Virus record (IMG/VR): IMGVR_UViG_3300000052_000003
From: a virus
DNA: 64,000 bases
Reading direction: 5' to 3' (one strand)
The position numbers were made by a program, and so were the translations under genes. The notes under the pieces are model-generated. The model was not told where the DNA came from. It made no database searches and saw nothing but the letters and a program-made list of their open reading frames with translations. Below are positions 33,906 through 44,643 of the stretch, piece after piece (within the stretch, counting starts at the first letter, position 1; every line of letters begins with the position of its first letter).

Positions 33906-34126
33906 TAGGCTAAATACTCCGACTCGCTAATCTCTTTGCCTCCTTGATAGATCGCTTCGATCGCTAAGTCGGTGTTGAATGCCAAAGGGAATTCTTCGCC
34001 GGCTTTTCTTTTTGCAATCAGGCTCGGATTTTCTGGAAGACTTTTAATTACCAGATCTTCGCTTTCTAAAAGCAAATAAACTGGCACGCTATTTAAGCGC
34101 TCTACTAAATTCATCAAGTCACTCAT
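33902..34126 (-). CDS. Candidate immunity protein, copy 2
   Basis: Copy of 1614-1838. Confidence 0.6.
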   Translation of the reverse strand: MSDLMNLVERLNSVPVYLLLESEDLVIKSLPENPSLIAKRKAGEEFPLAFNTDLAIEAIYQGGKEISESEYLAY

Positions 34127-34149
34127 ATTTACAATATATAAAATTTTAT

Positions 34150-35448
34150 TTAGAAACCAAAATTTTTGTAGTAATTTATTGACTGAGATTTTAGCTCCTC
34201 AATCCTCTTTACATTTCCTACGGTTGGACGTTCAGCATTTAGGACTCTGATCTCTTCGTATAGCTTATGACCTTGGCCCCCAGGTAAACCGGTTCTTTGT
34301 GCGATCTCATTATATTTCTGATCTCCTAATACTGCTCTAGCGCTTCCTTCTTTTTCTTTAGCGTATATCATCGCTGGAGTGTTGATCTGCATTTCTGCCA
34401 TCGTACCGTTTTCAGTCTTGAAATTTACGATCGTTCCAGAATAGCCGAAGAATTGATCGCCTTCCTGAACCTTAATTCTACCGCCATTCTCAGCGCTGAA
34501 TCTAGGATCAGATTTTGCCAGATCTCTGGCTGATCCGATCTTGTCTCGATCTATTACGACGGTGTTTCTGACTGCATCTTTTATCGCGTCTACCTTTCCA
34601 CCTTCTTCGTCGTTTACCTTTCTTAAAATACTATCTTCAGATTTTAAGTTGATCGGAGTCACTACGCCTCCCAGTTTTTCAGCATAACCTTTGCCTACTT
34701 TGTCCACTTCGCCAGACGAAGCTTTAGCGCCTGCCATTAAACTAGAAACTCTCGGATCTCCTGGTTTTACGATTGCCACTTTTGGCATCCTACCAGCTCC
34801 CTTTGATTCTTTATCGGATCCTCCTTCTGGACGTCTACCACTACCAGGACCACCGAAATCTATTGCCTCCAGTATTACTGAAATTTCAGACCAAAGTTTT
34901 TGTTCTTTAGTCATCTCTCCAGGTTGCTTTTTGTAATTGAACATACCTTCGACGCTAAAGCCTTTAAATTCTCCAGACTTAACCTTCGTCCAGACGTCAT
35001 CATTATCGATCGAATAAGAGGCAAAAGCGGAGCCGTCGGGAGCATCCTCAAAACCTTTCATAGGTTTGATTCCTCTCGACTCATCTGTGATCCAGATTTC
35101 AAACATCGTCACACCTTCGACCACCTGGTTAGGATCGTGCATCAAATTGACGTTTGAAGTGTATCCCTTCTGGAACATTTTTTTAACGATCTTGTAAATC
35201 GTGTCTTTAGGGAAGGAGACAAAGTACTCCTGGCCATTATCGTTTCGATAGATCGGTGTATCTGCCAGCATAATAGGACCAGAGATGATTCGACGCTCTT
35301 CGTCTTGGATCTCAAAATTCAATCGATCTGCTTTGAAGCGTAGGAAGTTTCTCTCGATCGCTGGCTTGTCTACCAAAGCGACGAAATCCACTTCTGATCC
35401 ATCCATTAGATCCTCATTAATTTCTAGCAAGTAAATAGGTAAATTCAT
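34150..35448 (-). CDS. Prohead protease-alarmone synthetase fusion, copy 2
   Basis: Copy of 1862-3160. Confidence 0.85.
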   Translation of the reverse strand: MNLPIYLLEINEDLMDGSEVDFVALVDKPAIERNFLRFKADRLNFEIQDEERRIISGPIMLADTPIYRNDNGQEYFVSFPKDTIYKIVKKMFQKGYTSNVNLMHDPNQVVEGVTMFEIWITDESRGIKPMKGFEDAPDGSAFASYSIDNDDVWTKVKSGEFKGFSVEGMFNYKKQPGEMTKEQKLWSEISVILEAIDFGGPGSGRRPEGGSDKESKGAGRMPKVAIVKPGDPRVSSLMAGAKASSGEVDKVGKGYAEKLGGVVTPINLKSEDSILRKVNDEEGGKVDAIKDAVRNTVVIDRDKIGSARDLAKSDPRFSAENGGRIKVQEGDQFFGYSGTIVNFKTENGTMAEMQINTPAMIYAKEKEGSARAVLGDQKYNEIAQRTGLPGGQGHKLYEEIRVLNAERPTVGNVKRIEELKSQSINYYKNFGF

Positions 35449-35459
35449 TCTTTTTTTAT

Positions 35460-37334
35460 TTAAAATCTTGAAGCTTTCTCGATACGCTCAATTCTTTTCT
35501 GCGATCCAGTGATGTCGCTTTCTACTACATAAGCCCTAGTCACTACGTTTGAAATAGTATTTAGTGATGTTTGATCCAATGTAGTTGCAATAGGCTCCGC
35601 TGATCTAGGTGCAATCGGAGCGCCAGCTCCTGCACTTGGTCCAGATCCTAGACTAGGAGCTGATCCTCCACCCGACTGACCAGGCACTTGGACAGATAAG
35701 ATATTTTGAATTGACTTATATCCAGAAGCTAAAGCAAGTCCAGCGTTGATCGGGGCTAGCACTGGTCCGACAATAGGAATACCAATCGTAGACTCGTATG
35801 CTTTCTGAGCTGATAAGATCGCGGAGATAGTAGCACTGGCTACCGCTGCCGCCTTTCCTGCTGCCGTCTCCTGGCCTAAAAGATTCGAAAGACTTGCTAG
35901 TGTGTCAGCGGTTGCTTGAGCCGCTACAATCTTAGCCTTCTTCTCCTCGTCTGCTAGTTTTTTTCTTGCATCAGTTTGCGCCTTTAGATTTTTAGTCTCA
36001 AGCTCTTCTCCTTTTTTAATTACTTGGACCGTCTCCTCAGTGGTAGCAGAAAGTTGCTCAAGTGCTAACTGATCATATTTTTGTTGGATTGCTAAAAGCT
36101 CCTCATTCTTAGCCTCCTCAATTACTGCCTCATCACCTCCAAATTTAATTCGGTCCTCAAGTTGCTTTGTGTATTTAGCTTGGACTGCTTCTTCTTCTTT
36201 TTGTTGATCACTCAGGAATTTATCAGCGTTTCTGTTTCTTAATTCCTCATCTTCAGAAGCTATTCGATCCTGATTCTTTTTAAGCTCTTTAGCGGCCTCC
36301 TCAGCTCTTTTCTTTTCCTCCTCTTTACGTTTGTTCTCTTCTGCTATTTGCTTGTCTCTAGCCTCTTTGTTTTGCTTTGCTACTTCCTCATTCCTTTTAT
36401 TATTTGCATCTACTACCGACTTATTATACTTAGTATCAATTACTACTAATTCGGTTTTTAGATCACGAAATTTTTTAGCCTCTTCGTCTGATAACTTGCC
36501 AGTCGCTTTTAGTTTTTCGCGTAATACATTTAAGTCAGTATTTACAATTTCCTTGCGCTTATCAGATAGAGCCTTTTCGCTGGCTCCTGCCGCTTCCATA
36601 ACTTTAAGCTCAGCCTCTAGGCTTTCTTTTTTTCTTACGGATGATTTAGTGAATTTCTCTAAAGATCGTTCTGCTTCGTTTGTAATCCCTACAAAGTCAG
36701 TCACTTTTTCAACAATTCCAGTGAATATCTTACCTACGTCAGCAAGTCCAGGAATAACTTTAAGCACTGCTTCCTTAATCGCGTCAAAGTTTGCCACAAT
36801 TAAACCCAAGGCAATCGCAAAAGCACCCACACCAGTGGCTATCAAAGCTCCTCTAATGGTAGTAAATGCCGTAATCGCTGCCGCTTTCATCGAAGCAAAA
36901 GCGCTTAATACGTTAGTCTTAATTACAAGCGCTAAGTTTTTAAAGCCATCTATCGATGATAAGACCGTATTAAGTCCTTCAGATAACGCCAGGGCTCCCT
37001 GAACTTTTAAGAGTTGCTTCTCTACCTCAGCAGATTCTACTCCGACAAGGGCAAGAGCTCCCTGAGTTGCAGCGAACGCCCCAGCTACGCCCTGGATCGA
37101 TTGTCCGAATGCCTTGAATTTAGCATCTGGATCAAAAGCTTCGATAGTCGCCTTAGCATCACCAATCCGGTCTTTAAGTTCGGCCGCTCTTTTGGCAGCG
37201 TTAGCAATCTCAGCAGCGGAGGCTCCAGCAGAATTCTGGAGTTTTACTAATTCCATCATCGCCTCTCGAAGTTGCCCTCTAAGACTCCTGGTATCAGCTA
37301 CTAGATTTATTCCTACGGTTTCGTTTACTGCCAT
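35460..37334 (-). CDS. Tape measure protein, copy 2
   Basis: Copy of 3172-5046. Confidence 0.85.
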   Translation of the reverse strand: MAVNETVGINLVADTRSLRGQLREAMMELVKLQNSAGASAAEIANAAKRAAELKDRIGDAKATIEAFDPDAKFKAFGQSIQGVAGAFAATQGALALVGVESAEVEKQLLKVQGALALSEGLNTVLSSIDGFKNLALVIKTNVLSAFASMKAAAITAFTTIRGALIATGVGAFAIALGLIVANFDAIKEAVLKVIPGLADVGKIFTGIVEKVTDFVGITNEAERSLEKFTKSSVRKKESLEAELKVMEAAGASEKALSDKRKEIVNTDLNVLREKLKATGKLSDEEAKKFRDLKTELVVIDTKYNKSVVDANNKRNEEVAKQNKEARDKQIAEENKRKEEEKKRAEEAAKELKKNQDRIASEDEELRNRNADKFLSDQQKEEEAVQAKYTKQLEDRIKFGGDEAVIEEAKNEELLAIQQKYDQLALEQLSATTEETVQVIKKGEELETKNLKAQTDARKKLADEEKKAKIVAAQATADTLASLSNLLGQETAAGKAAAVASATISAILSAQKAYESTIGIPIVGPVLAPINAGLALASGYKSIQNILSVQVPGQSGGGSAPSLGSGPSAGAGAPIAPRSAEPIATTLDQTSLNTISNVVTRAYVVESDITGSQKRIERIEKASRF

Positions 37335-37335
37335 T

Positions 37336-39486
37336 TTATGCGTATGTTAATTCAATCACTCTTAATAATTCCACTTGAGTAGTCTTTGGTACGCTTGGAT
37401 TGTAGTCATTAACTTTATTCAGTCTCCAAAGTGCGCCATCAATCAGGATCAGCTTTGCAAAATCTAGCGAATAGATGTCTTGCAAGTCTAGGTATAAATA
37501 GCAAGTAAGGAGCTTACTATCTTTGTTCACTATCTCAGCCAAATAATCACCCCAAAAAGCAGTAAATAAATTTGCACTAGGATAAGCTCCAGAAAGATTA
37601 AATAGAATTTCTTTAGGAACTCCAAAATTAATATCCGTAGCCGGTGTCGTTGGATTATCTAAGTGACCAGCATAACCGTAGTAAGTTATCGAACTACCTA
37701 AATTACCGTTTCCTTGAGCGCTTGGTTGCTTTATATGCCAGCTAGGAACTCCAGTGATTTTTTTGTATTGCATGATTCGAAGATTATTATCTCTTCGTGC
37801 CTCTACTCCGTCCGTCAAATCATATAAAGCAGTAGATAACTTGTCGTCTCCTCCTCTAGCTACCAATATAGACGGAGAAAAAATGATTTCTATATTTGTA
37901 CGATCCTTAGTGAATTCAAAACCAGTATCTTCGTCTCGATCGCCATAACTTTGATTGAACTTTTTATTATAAGACTCATTATAAAAGTCATCGTCCTGAG
38001 TGTACTTAAAATCATAGAAGCGAGAATTTAGTTCGCTCATTGGTTTTATACTTATCTCTTGAGAGTAATCTACTTTATCTGTCCAGTCAATCGCATTTGA
38101 TACTGGGCTTTCTAATAAAATTAATCCAGTCGAATCGCCAGGTTCCCCGTGAAGAAGCAAGTCTCCGAAATCGTCTAATTTTATAAAGCCTCCACCAATC
38201 TGATAGAAATCTATGTATGGCTCAATAATTATATGCTTGTCGATCGAGCTATCTTCATAGACATAAAGATTAAACATTCTACAAATCGAAATGAATAAAT
38301 CCTTTTGAAGAATCCCCTTAGGTAATAAATCACCCATTACTAAGGAAGCTCCATAAATAGATTTTACTGGAGTCTTAGCGTTTGAGATATAATTAAATGA
38401 TAAATTACTTCCTTCGAATGTGAAAGAATTTGCAGAAGTGACGTAAATAAATAATGTATCATTTGTGACTAGCGATATAGAAGCATTCAGAGTTATGAAA
38501 AAAGCATTTCTAACTCCACCGGTTGAGGCATAAGTTTGCTCAGCTATTACGTTAGAAGTACTATTTTTGCATATTTGGATTTTAACTGTGTTCGTGCTTG
38601 TTATATATCCATTCCCGTATACGCTAGAAGTACCGTTTAAAGCAGGAGTTCCAGTGTAGGTGAAAGTATTTGAAGTACTTAAACTGAATAAATATAAAGA
38701 GTTATTTTCAAATGATACTTTGCTATTGGTCCCCGTGTAAATAAAGGTCCTGGTATTTGCGGATAATAGATTATCGATTACTTGCTCTAAATCTGCGTAA
38801 TTATTAGGTAAAATCAGTCCTTTAAAAAAGCTACTATTAATAAAATCAGAGCTATAAGTATAGCCTGAATAATCAATTATCTTATCTATTAATTCATGGA
38901 CAAAAAATGCCGGTCTAAAAGCATCTAAGTGATAGTCTATTGTTCCATGCTTGCAAAGTCCGTAGTCTATTAAAGGATAAACTATTCCGGTTCCGCTAGC
39001 ATCCCAGGAGTTTTTTACATTTGTCTCAGTCCAAGATTGATCGTAAGCAGTGAAATGATTTTTTAAATCTTGATCTTCTAGTGTTTTGTTAGCGATCGCG
39101 GAGGCAAATCCACCAAGCTCACCAAACACTGCGCACTCATATTCGATCTGGCCCTTAATGATTTTGATTTCTAGCAAGCGCAGAACTCCCTTGAATACCT
39201 GGATTTTATTTACAAAAATTTTTGCATTCGTCTGCTTAGTCGGATCGAAATTGTAACCAACACTTGGAGACTCATTATTAATCCCGTAATTATTAGCGCT
39301 AGTAAGGCTATAAATATGCCCAAAAATTTTATTGTTATTAGCATTACCTGGAACCGTAATCGTTTTTGAATACGTTGTATTTCTGCTAGAAAAGTCTTTA
39401 ATATCATCAATCGCCAAATTAAGCTCAAGTCCGATATCTTCATAAATATCGAGCCTGCTATTTTCTAAGATTATCTCTGTTATCAT
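37336..39486 (-). CDS. Tail tip/hub-like protein, copy 2
   Basis: Copy of 5048-7198. Confidence 0.65.
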   Translation of the reverse strand: MITEIILENSRLDIYEDIGLELNLAIDDIKDFSSRNTTYSKTITVPGNANNNKIFGHIYSLTSANNYGINNESPSVGYNFDPTKQTNAKIFVNKIQVFKGVLRLLEIKIIKGQIEYECAVFGELGGFASAIANKTLEDQDLKNHFTAYDQSWTETNVKNSWDASGTGIVYPLIDYGLCKHGTIDYHLDAFRPAFFVHELIDKIIDYSGYTYSSDFINSSFFKGLILPNNYADLEQVIDNLLSANTRTFIYTGTNSKVSFENNSLYLFSLSTSNTFTYTGTPALNGTSSVYGNGYITSTNTVKIQICKNSTSNVIAEQTYASTGGVRNAFFITLNASISLVTNDTLFIYVTSANSFTFEGSNLSFNYISNAKTPVKSIYGASLVMGDLLPKGILQKDLFISICRMFNLYVYEDSSIDKHIIIEPYIDFYQIGGGFIKLDDFGDLLLHGEPGDSTGLILLESPVSNAIDWTDKVDYSQEISIKPMSELNSRFYDFKYTQDDDFYNESYNKKFNQSYGDRDEDTGFEFTKDRTNIEIIFSPSILVARGGDDKLSTALYDLTDGVEARRDNNLRIMQYKKITGVPSWHIKQPSAQGNGNLGSSITYYGYAGHLDNPTTPATDINFGVPKEILFNLSGAYPSANLFTAFWGDYLAEIVNKDSKLLTCYLYLDLQDIYSLDFAKLILIDGALWRLNKVNDYNPSVPKTTQVELLRVIELTYA

Positions 39487-40637
39487 TATTTGAACTGGCT
39501 AAATTGTTTAATCCCCAAATTAAAGTTTAATTCGTAATTAAAGATTTTGTCTGATGTGACGTCCTTTCCTTGCCATGTAGTGCCAGTAAATACGATAGGA
39601 TAATAGTTACCACCAAACTGATAATATATCTCATTAGAAGCTAAAAGCTGAGCTCCTAGGTTATAGTCATCAATCGTCAGATAATCACTTACAATAAAAT
39701 AATCGTAATCGATACCAGTCGTGAAGCTTCGAGTACCGCCGTAAAATATATTCGACGAATCTTTAAAATCCATCGCTTTAGTCGAATTGTTAATTTCATA
39801 TTCAGAACGTGTGTAAGTTTTGCGATCCATTTTTCTTGATTGTCGTGATAGCAATCTAAAAGCGAACTGATCGTATCCACCAAACTGATTAAGGAATACA
39901 ATCTGAACCGGTGTAAATCTAGGCGCGCATGTTTGTGTAATAGTTATCGAATCAGCTCCGATCGATACGCGATAAGCATAAGTACTCGCCGTGATCTTAG
40001 TCGTTCCTAGGTAGGCGTTTATCGAAGCTGGAGATAGATCGAGTAGTATTCCGTGGACCGCGCTAGCTAAGAAGTTAGATCCAGTCGATGGGCTTCCGTT
40101 ATTGGTCCCGTCCTCGTTTAGATTCTGGATCGTAGCAGTTAGCGAGGAGGCTAAGTCTGAATTAAAATATGTTATTAAGAACGATTCACCAGAAATCACC
40201 TTAGCACTCAATCGATCGCGAGAAGTCAAGAACTTATTTTCATAAGTAGTCATCGGAGTTCGGAAAGGATCAAGCGAAAAGTTCCAGCCTTTATATGATC
40301 CAGAAGTCAAGTTTGGATAAGTTACTCCTGCATATTCTTCCCCAAAGCGGATCGTGTAATCGACATGGAGAAAACCGTCTGCGCATCTGACAAAGCCCGA
40401 TCCGTCATCGACAAGTTGGCTTGCAAAGTAATTTCTGACAATAGGTCCGAAATCGATGATCCCCAGATCGTTAGTGTCTGGATAGACTTTGAAGCTTGCG
40501 ACGGTTGCGGAATTAATTTGTACGTCAAATACATATTTAAAATTAGTTTGTCCGATATTGTCTGAGCTCACTACGAACCAAAGCGCGTCATGAGCGGAAG
40601 TATAACTAGCAGGAATGCTCTCGATAGTGATCGCCAT
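39486..40637 (-). CDS. Putative tail structural protein, copy 2
   Basis: Copy of 7198-8349. Confidence 0.6.
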   Translation of the reverse strand: MAITIESIPASYTSAHDALWFVVSSDNIGQTNFKYVFDVQINSATVASFKVYPDTNDLGIIDFGPIVRNYFASQLVDDGSGFVRCADGFLHVDYTIRFGEEYAGVTYPNLTSGSYKGWNFSLDPFRTPMTTYENKFLTSRDRLSAKVISGESFLITYFNSDLASSLTATIQNLNEDGTNNGSPSTGSNFLASAVHGILLDLSPASINAYLGTTKITASTYAYRVSIGADSITITQTCAPRFTPVQIVFLNQFGGYDQFAFRLLSRQSRKMDRKTYTRSEYEINNSTKAMDFKDSSNIFYGGTRSFTTGIDYDYFIVSDYLTIDDYNLGAQLLASNEIYYQFGGNYYPIVFTGTTWQGKDVTSDKIFNYELNFNLGIKQFSQFK

Positions 40638-41332
40638 TATTTAAAAGTTTGTTTTATGCTTAATGCTATGTCTTGACCTAGTGCCTTCGATAAAGCTATT
40701 TGGAAATCTTCACCAAAAGCAAGATCGATATTATCCTCAAAGAATCCAGTTCTTGAAATACCTTTACGCTTTATGTTTCTTGCCGTTGCAATCGCTATGC
40801 CTCTAATCTTATCGCTCTCATTTCCGATTGCTCCTAGCGTCTTTCTTTTACGTTGTAAAGCGGTTAAGTTCTCTCGCTGGTCTTCATTCCTTATATAGCT
40901 TTTATGACGTAAATACCACTTAGTAATTGAGTTAATAAATCCGCTAGATAGTCGTAAATTCTTAAAGCTATAAGGACTACCAGTAGGCTCATGAAATCCG
41001 CTTGGAAGCTTACCCTTAAATCCTCCGATTCCCTTAACACCCTTGTCGTTGAAGTCGTAATACTCAGAGGCTGGATTGCTTTTGTCGTATCCGATCGTAA
41101 TCGAATAAGATCCGCCCTTCTTAGTTAATTGACTAACTACGATGTCGGATAAATTACCAGTATCAATCTTGCCTCGCTGAGTTAATCGCTTTTTAGCTAA
41201 TTGGATAAATTTAAGCGCTGCCTGAGACATGATCGTCTCGACTGCATTAAGTTGCAAGTCTCCACCTTTGGCGATTCCGCCTGGATCGAAACTAGAACCT
41301 AAAGAAGCCTGAGCCTGGCTAATGCTTTCCAT
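40637..41332 (-). CDS. Putative neck/tail-completion protein, copy 2
   Basis: Copy of 8349-9044. Confidence 0.55.
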   Translation of the reverse strand: MESISQAQASLGSSFDPGGIAKGGDLQLNAVETIMSQAALKFIQLAKKRLTQRGKIDTGNLSDIVVSQLTKKGGSYSITIGYDKSNPASEYYDFNDKGVKGIGGFKGKLPSGFHEPTGSPYSFKNLRLSSGFINSITKWYLRHKSYIRNEDQRENLTALQRKRKTLGAIGNESDKIRGIAIATARNIKRKGISRTGFFEDNIDLAFGEDFQIALSKALGQDIALSIKQTFK

Positions 41333-41600
41333 ACGCTTTTTTTATTTGTTCGCGATCGTGCGCGGTTTTACTCTTTAAATATGCCAGGTCATTAAGGGCC
41401 TGAATCGTAGTGAGATTATAAACCTCATCCAATTTTATTCTTTCGTGTTCAGCGATGAGCGTAGCTTGATAAATCCATCCGTAGCGTCGCATAAATCCTG
41501 AGCCATTTTCTCGGCCTCCTCTTCCGTCATCCCCGCCTTCATTGACTCCGTCTTGAAATAGCCCGCTAAATTCTTTATCGAGTCGCTGAATAATTGACAA
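41319..41600 (-). CDS. Tail chaperone frameshift extension, copy 2
   Basis: Copy of 9031-9312. Confidence 0.7.
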   Translation of the reverse strand: MSIIQRLDKEFSGLFQDGVNEGGDDGRGGRENGSGFMRRYGWIYQATLIAEHERIKLDEVYNLTTIQALNDLAYLKSKTAHDREQIKKAYGKH

Positions 41601-42082
41601 AAAAAAACAATCGAACCGTATACTTGCTCGAATGGAGCTTCCAAAAGATCCTCAGCGTATTCCTCGTGCTTTGCAGAGTCATAAGATGCGACCTTCCATC
41701 CTCGCCAAGTGAGTTTCATAGGCATCACCATAGAGGCGCAGATTTTGTGAATGTTCAAACCTATATCGGTACCGAAAAATTTAGTCTCCAGGTATCTTGC
41801 ATATGGTATATTTTTTACATCGTAAACGCACCGATATCTTCGCCCTGGAGTCTTTATGAAATCCACTGGCTTAGGTTGTGGGAGTGTGTTAGTAATAAAC
41901 TTAATACCCTCTAGTTGTTTTTGTAGATCCTTTATTTTTAAAGAATCTATTTGGTTTTCTGTTTGGTTAGTCAGAATAGCCAAGGATTTCACGGCGATGT
42001 CAAGCTCTGTATATTCTTCTTTTTTTAGAAGCACATTTTGGAGCTGGATCCATTGCCAAACGGTTACATCTTTCCAAGTCAT
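41435..42082 (-). CDS. Tail assembly chaperone, copy 2
   Basis: Copy of 9147-9794. Confidence 0.65.
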   Translation of the reverse strand: MTWKDVTVWQWIQLQNVLLKKEEYTELDIAVKSLAILTNQTENQIDSLKIKDLQKQLEGIKFITNTLPQPKPVDFIKTPGRRYRCVYDVKNIPYARYLETKFFGTDIGLNIHKICASMVMPMKLTWRGWKVASYDSAKHEEYAEDLLEAPFEQVYGSIVFFCQLFSDSIKNLAGYFKTESMKAGMTEEEAEKMAQDLCDATDGFIKLRSSLNTKE

Positions 42083-42100
42083 ATTAATTATAAATAGCTT

Positions 42101-43273
42101 TTAAACAAAATTGTATTTTCCAGTTCCAGCCTTAAAGTCTAGCTTTCTCCAGGCAAGCGCCAAAGCCATGACGCAGTCATCGTGAAAACCGCTCGGTGCT
42201 GAGTACTTTACACCATTAGCAGAGTACTGGTACTCAAAGATTTCAAGCTCCTCCTGGATCATGCCTGGAGGGTAGTGAATTTTTTCTTGATGGATCGCCA
42301 CCTGCAAGCCTAACATTAATTCCTGCTTCGACTGGCTTGTAAACTTAAAGCCCTCGATCGCTAATCCTTCGCGCTGGAGTTGCTCGACTACCGGATCACC
42401 TACGCCAGTGCTATCGATCAACATCGGAGCCCTGGGAAGCGTTCTGATTTTATTTTGTGTGCTAGCCCAGTCACTTTGGAATCGATCAAAATAAGCGACG
42501 TTTCCGTTTGCATCCATTCCGATGATCACCGTCCAGTCGCTATACTTTGCAAGGTCAATTCCGTAAACCTTAACCGGCTCCGATGACATAGCAGAAACAC
42601 ATTTGGAAAGAGCCTGAGATCCAAAAGGATTCGCGCTATTCTCTGCTGGGTTTGCCATGTATTCCTGCTCGAATACGACTTCAGGAAGTGCAAGTCTTGC
42701 GCTATCGATTTCATCGTCTGAGATATACGGATTATCATAAGAGCTAAACTTAAACGATTCCCACTCGCTGGATGGATCAATCCCTTTTAAGAATAAAGAA
42801 TAAAAGAAGTTCTTCCCTTTCGGAGTTGATAAGAAGATCGCCTTCCCCTGGTAATCTGTAAGCGTTGGACGTATCGCATTATTCCAGCCATCTTCAAGAT
42901 CAGGAATAAAGGAAGCCTCATCAATGATCACATAGTGAAACTTTAAACCGCGGAGATTATCCAGGCGTTCACCAGTGAAGAATCTGATCGATCCTCCAGA
43001 GATTAACTTAAAGGTTAGATCCGATCGGTTTGGTATCGCTACGTTTGCCGGCATCAATAAGGCCAGCTCATCGAAGAACGCCTTAGCTAATAGATACGTC
43101 GGTGTGATGTAAGCTACGCGCTTTCCTTGCATGGATTCAAGGCAAGTGATTACCTGGCAGATTAAGGACTTACCCCATCGTCTGCCGGACATTAACACCT
43201 TGAACCTTGCTTTTGAATTTAAGACCTTCGCTTGGTTAGTGTGTGGTCTAGGAAGTGTGATCTTCGTTTGCAA
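42101..43273 (-). CDS. terL: Terminase large subunit, copy 2
   Basis: Copy of 9813-10985. Confidence 0.95.
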   Translation of the reverse strand: MQTKITLPRPHTNQAKVLNSKARFKVLMSGRRWGKSLICQVITCLESMQGKRVAYITPTYLLAKAFFDELALLMPANVAIPNRSDLTFKLISGGSIRFFTGERLDNLRGLKFHYVIIDEASFIPDLEDGWNNAIRPTLTDYQGKAIFLSTPKGKNFFYSLFLKGIDPSSEWESFKFSSYDNPYISDDEIDSARLALPEVVFEQEYMANPAENSANPFGSQALSKCVSAMSSEPVKVYGIDLAKYSDWTVIIGMDANGNVAYFDRFQSDWASTQNKIRTLPRAPMLIDSTGVGDPVVEQLQREGLAIEGFKFTSQSKQELMLGLQVAIHQEKIHYPPGMIQEELEIFEYQYSANGVKYSAPSGFHDDCVMALALAWRKLDFKAGTGKYNFV

Positions 43274-43712
43274 AGCTTATGATTACTTCTTGTTTCTCTT
43301 CGTTCTTAGCTCTATCCGTCCATCCTAAGAGATTCTTAGCGTAGAAAATACCCTTTCCTTCATTGGCCACAATATCAGCCGCTAGAGCTCGAAACATTTC
43401 ATCGATCTCTTTGACTTCTTTGTGTAGTGGATGATCAGAATTGCCCAGTACATTATACCAATTCGATCGCTTGTAAAATTGAGCGCCTTGTCTTGGTAGC
43501 CAGATCAGTAAAAAGTAGCTGATCGTAGGCAAGTGACGCTCACGAATGATCCGAACACCGGCCCCGGTTGCTACTTCCTTCGTGGAATCTAGGCAATAAT
43601 CAATATATTTATTTGCCCACTCCAGGATCAGGTCAGCTTCTCTGATTTTTTCGACTGGCTTCTTGTTGCTTACTGGTTTTTTCTCTTTCATTTTTTGAAT
43701 AATAAGGTCCAA
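43248..43712 (-). CDS. terS: Terminase small subunit, copy 2
   Basis: Copy of 10960-11424. Confidence 0.75.
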   Translation of the reverse strand: MDLIIQKMKEKKPVSNKKPVEKIREADLILEWANKYIDYCLDSTKEVATGAGVRIIRERHLPTISYFLLIWLPRQGAQFYKRSNWYNVLGNSDHPLHKEVKEIDEMFRALAADIVANEGKGIFYAKNLLGWTDRAKNEEKQEVIISFANEDHTS

Positions 43713-44224
43713 TCAGTCGGTAAGGTTAAGCGCTTTTCTAAGTTATAACCATATTCTGCCATAAATTCGATCCACTGATCTGTCGATTTTATGTTAATAT
43801 GCCCCCACCAGGCGTCAAATTCTTCAGTCGTAGTGTAAGGAGTCGAAGAAAGTAGTAGGTATTTAGCCTCAATACTCTCTAAATAGTCATTAATCTGTTC
43901 GTCTGTTAGATGTTCAAACACCTCAATGCTCACAATTAGATCACATCGGTTTGGATAATTCTTAAGTCCGTGCAATAATTGCCCCCTCTTTTTAGCAAAA
44001 GCCCGATGATATCTATTAGGCTCGATCCCGTAATAGTTTATTTTTAACTTAGACAAGCATTCTCCCAAGGTTCCCATTCCTGCCCCGATCTCGATAACGC
44101 TCTTAGGATCGTATTGTTCGATGATGTTGGCAGTTTCCATCATTAAGTTCCAATAATCCGGATTATGTGGGGAAACTCCGATTTTAATCTCGTAATCAAA
44201 AAACTCTTTAGGCGTTGCTTGCAT
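43688..44224 (-). CDS. SAM-dependent methyltransferase, copy 2
   Basis: Copy of 11400-11936. Confidence 0.85.
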   Translation of the reverse strand: MQATPKEFFDYEIKIGVSPHNPDYWNLMMETANIIEQYDPKSVIEIGAGMGTLGECLSKLKINYYGIEPNRYHRAFAKKRGQLLHGLKNYPNRCDLIVSIEVFEHLTDEQINDYLESIEAKYLLLSSTPYTTTEEFDAWWGHINIKSTDQWIEFMAEYGYNLEKRLTLPTDWTLLFKK

Positions 44225-44639
44225 TATCTATCTGGTCTAATTTTCTAATCGCCCATTCTATCCCCTCGGTGCCTCCCCAGGCGTCCCACATCAAGCCTCC
44301 ACACCCTTCGCCATAAGCGACGTCTTTATTTTGTTGATGTCTTTTAAAGCTCGCCATTCTTGCGATCGTGTCTCTCGAAATGTCTTCTTTGTTTGCCAGC
44401 TGGTTAGCACGAATTTTTCCTACTGGAGTACCACATGATCCCCAGCCATTTTTCTCAGCATAATCAAGCGCTCGCTTAGCGTTATTAGTCGCAGCCTCTG
44501 GATAGTCATTGTAAGATTCAGCAAAAGCACCACCGGCTAGAATTGCCTGGTAGACTTCGATTGCCTTCTCCTCGGTATCGTAGATGCAAGCACCCGATCC
44601 GATTCTGTATTTTCCATTATTGCATTTAATGACTGGCAT
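44208..44639 (-). CDS. Phage protein of unknown function, copy 2
   Basis: Copy of 11920-12351. Confidence 0.7.
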   Translation of the reverse strand: MPVIKCNNGKYRIGSGACIYDTEEKAIEVYQAILAGGAFAESYNDYPEAATNNAKRALDYAEKNGWGSCGTPVGKIRANQLANKEDISRDTIARMASFKRHQQNKDVAYGEGCGGLMWDAWGGTEGIEWAIRKLDQIDNASNA

Positions 44640-44643
44640 AATT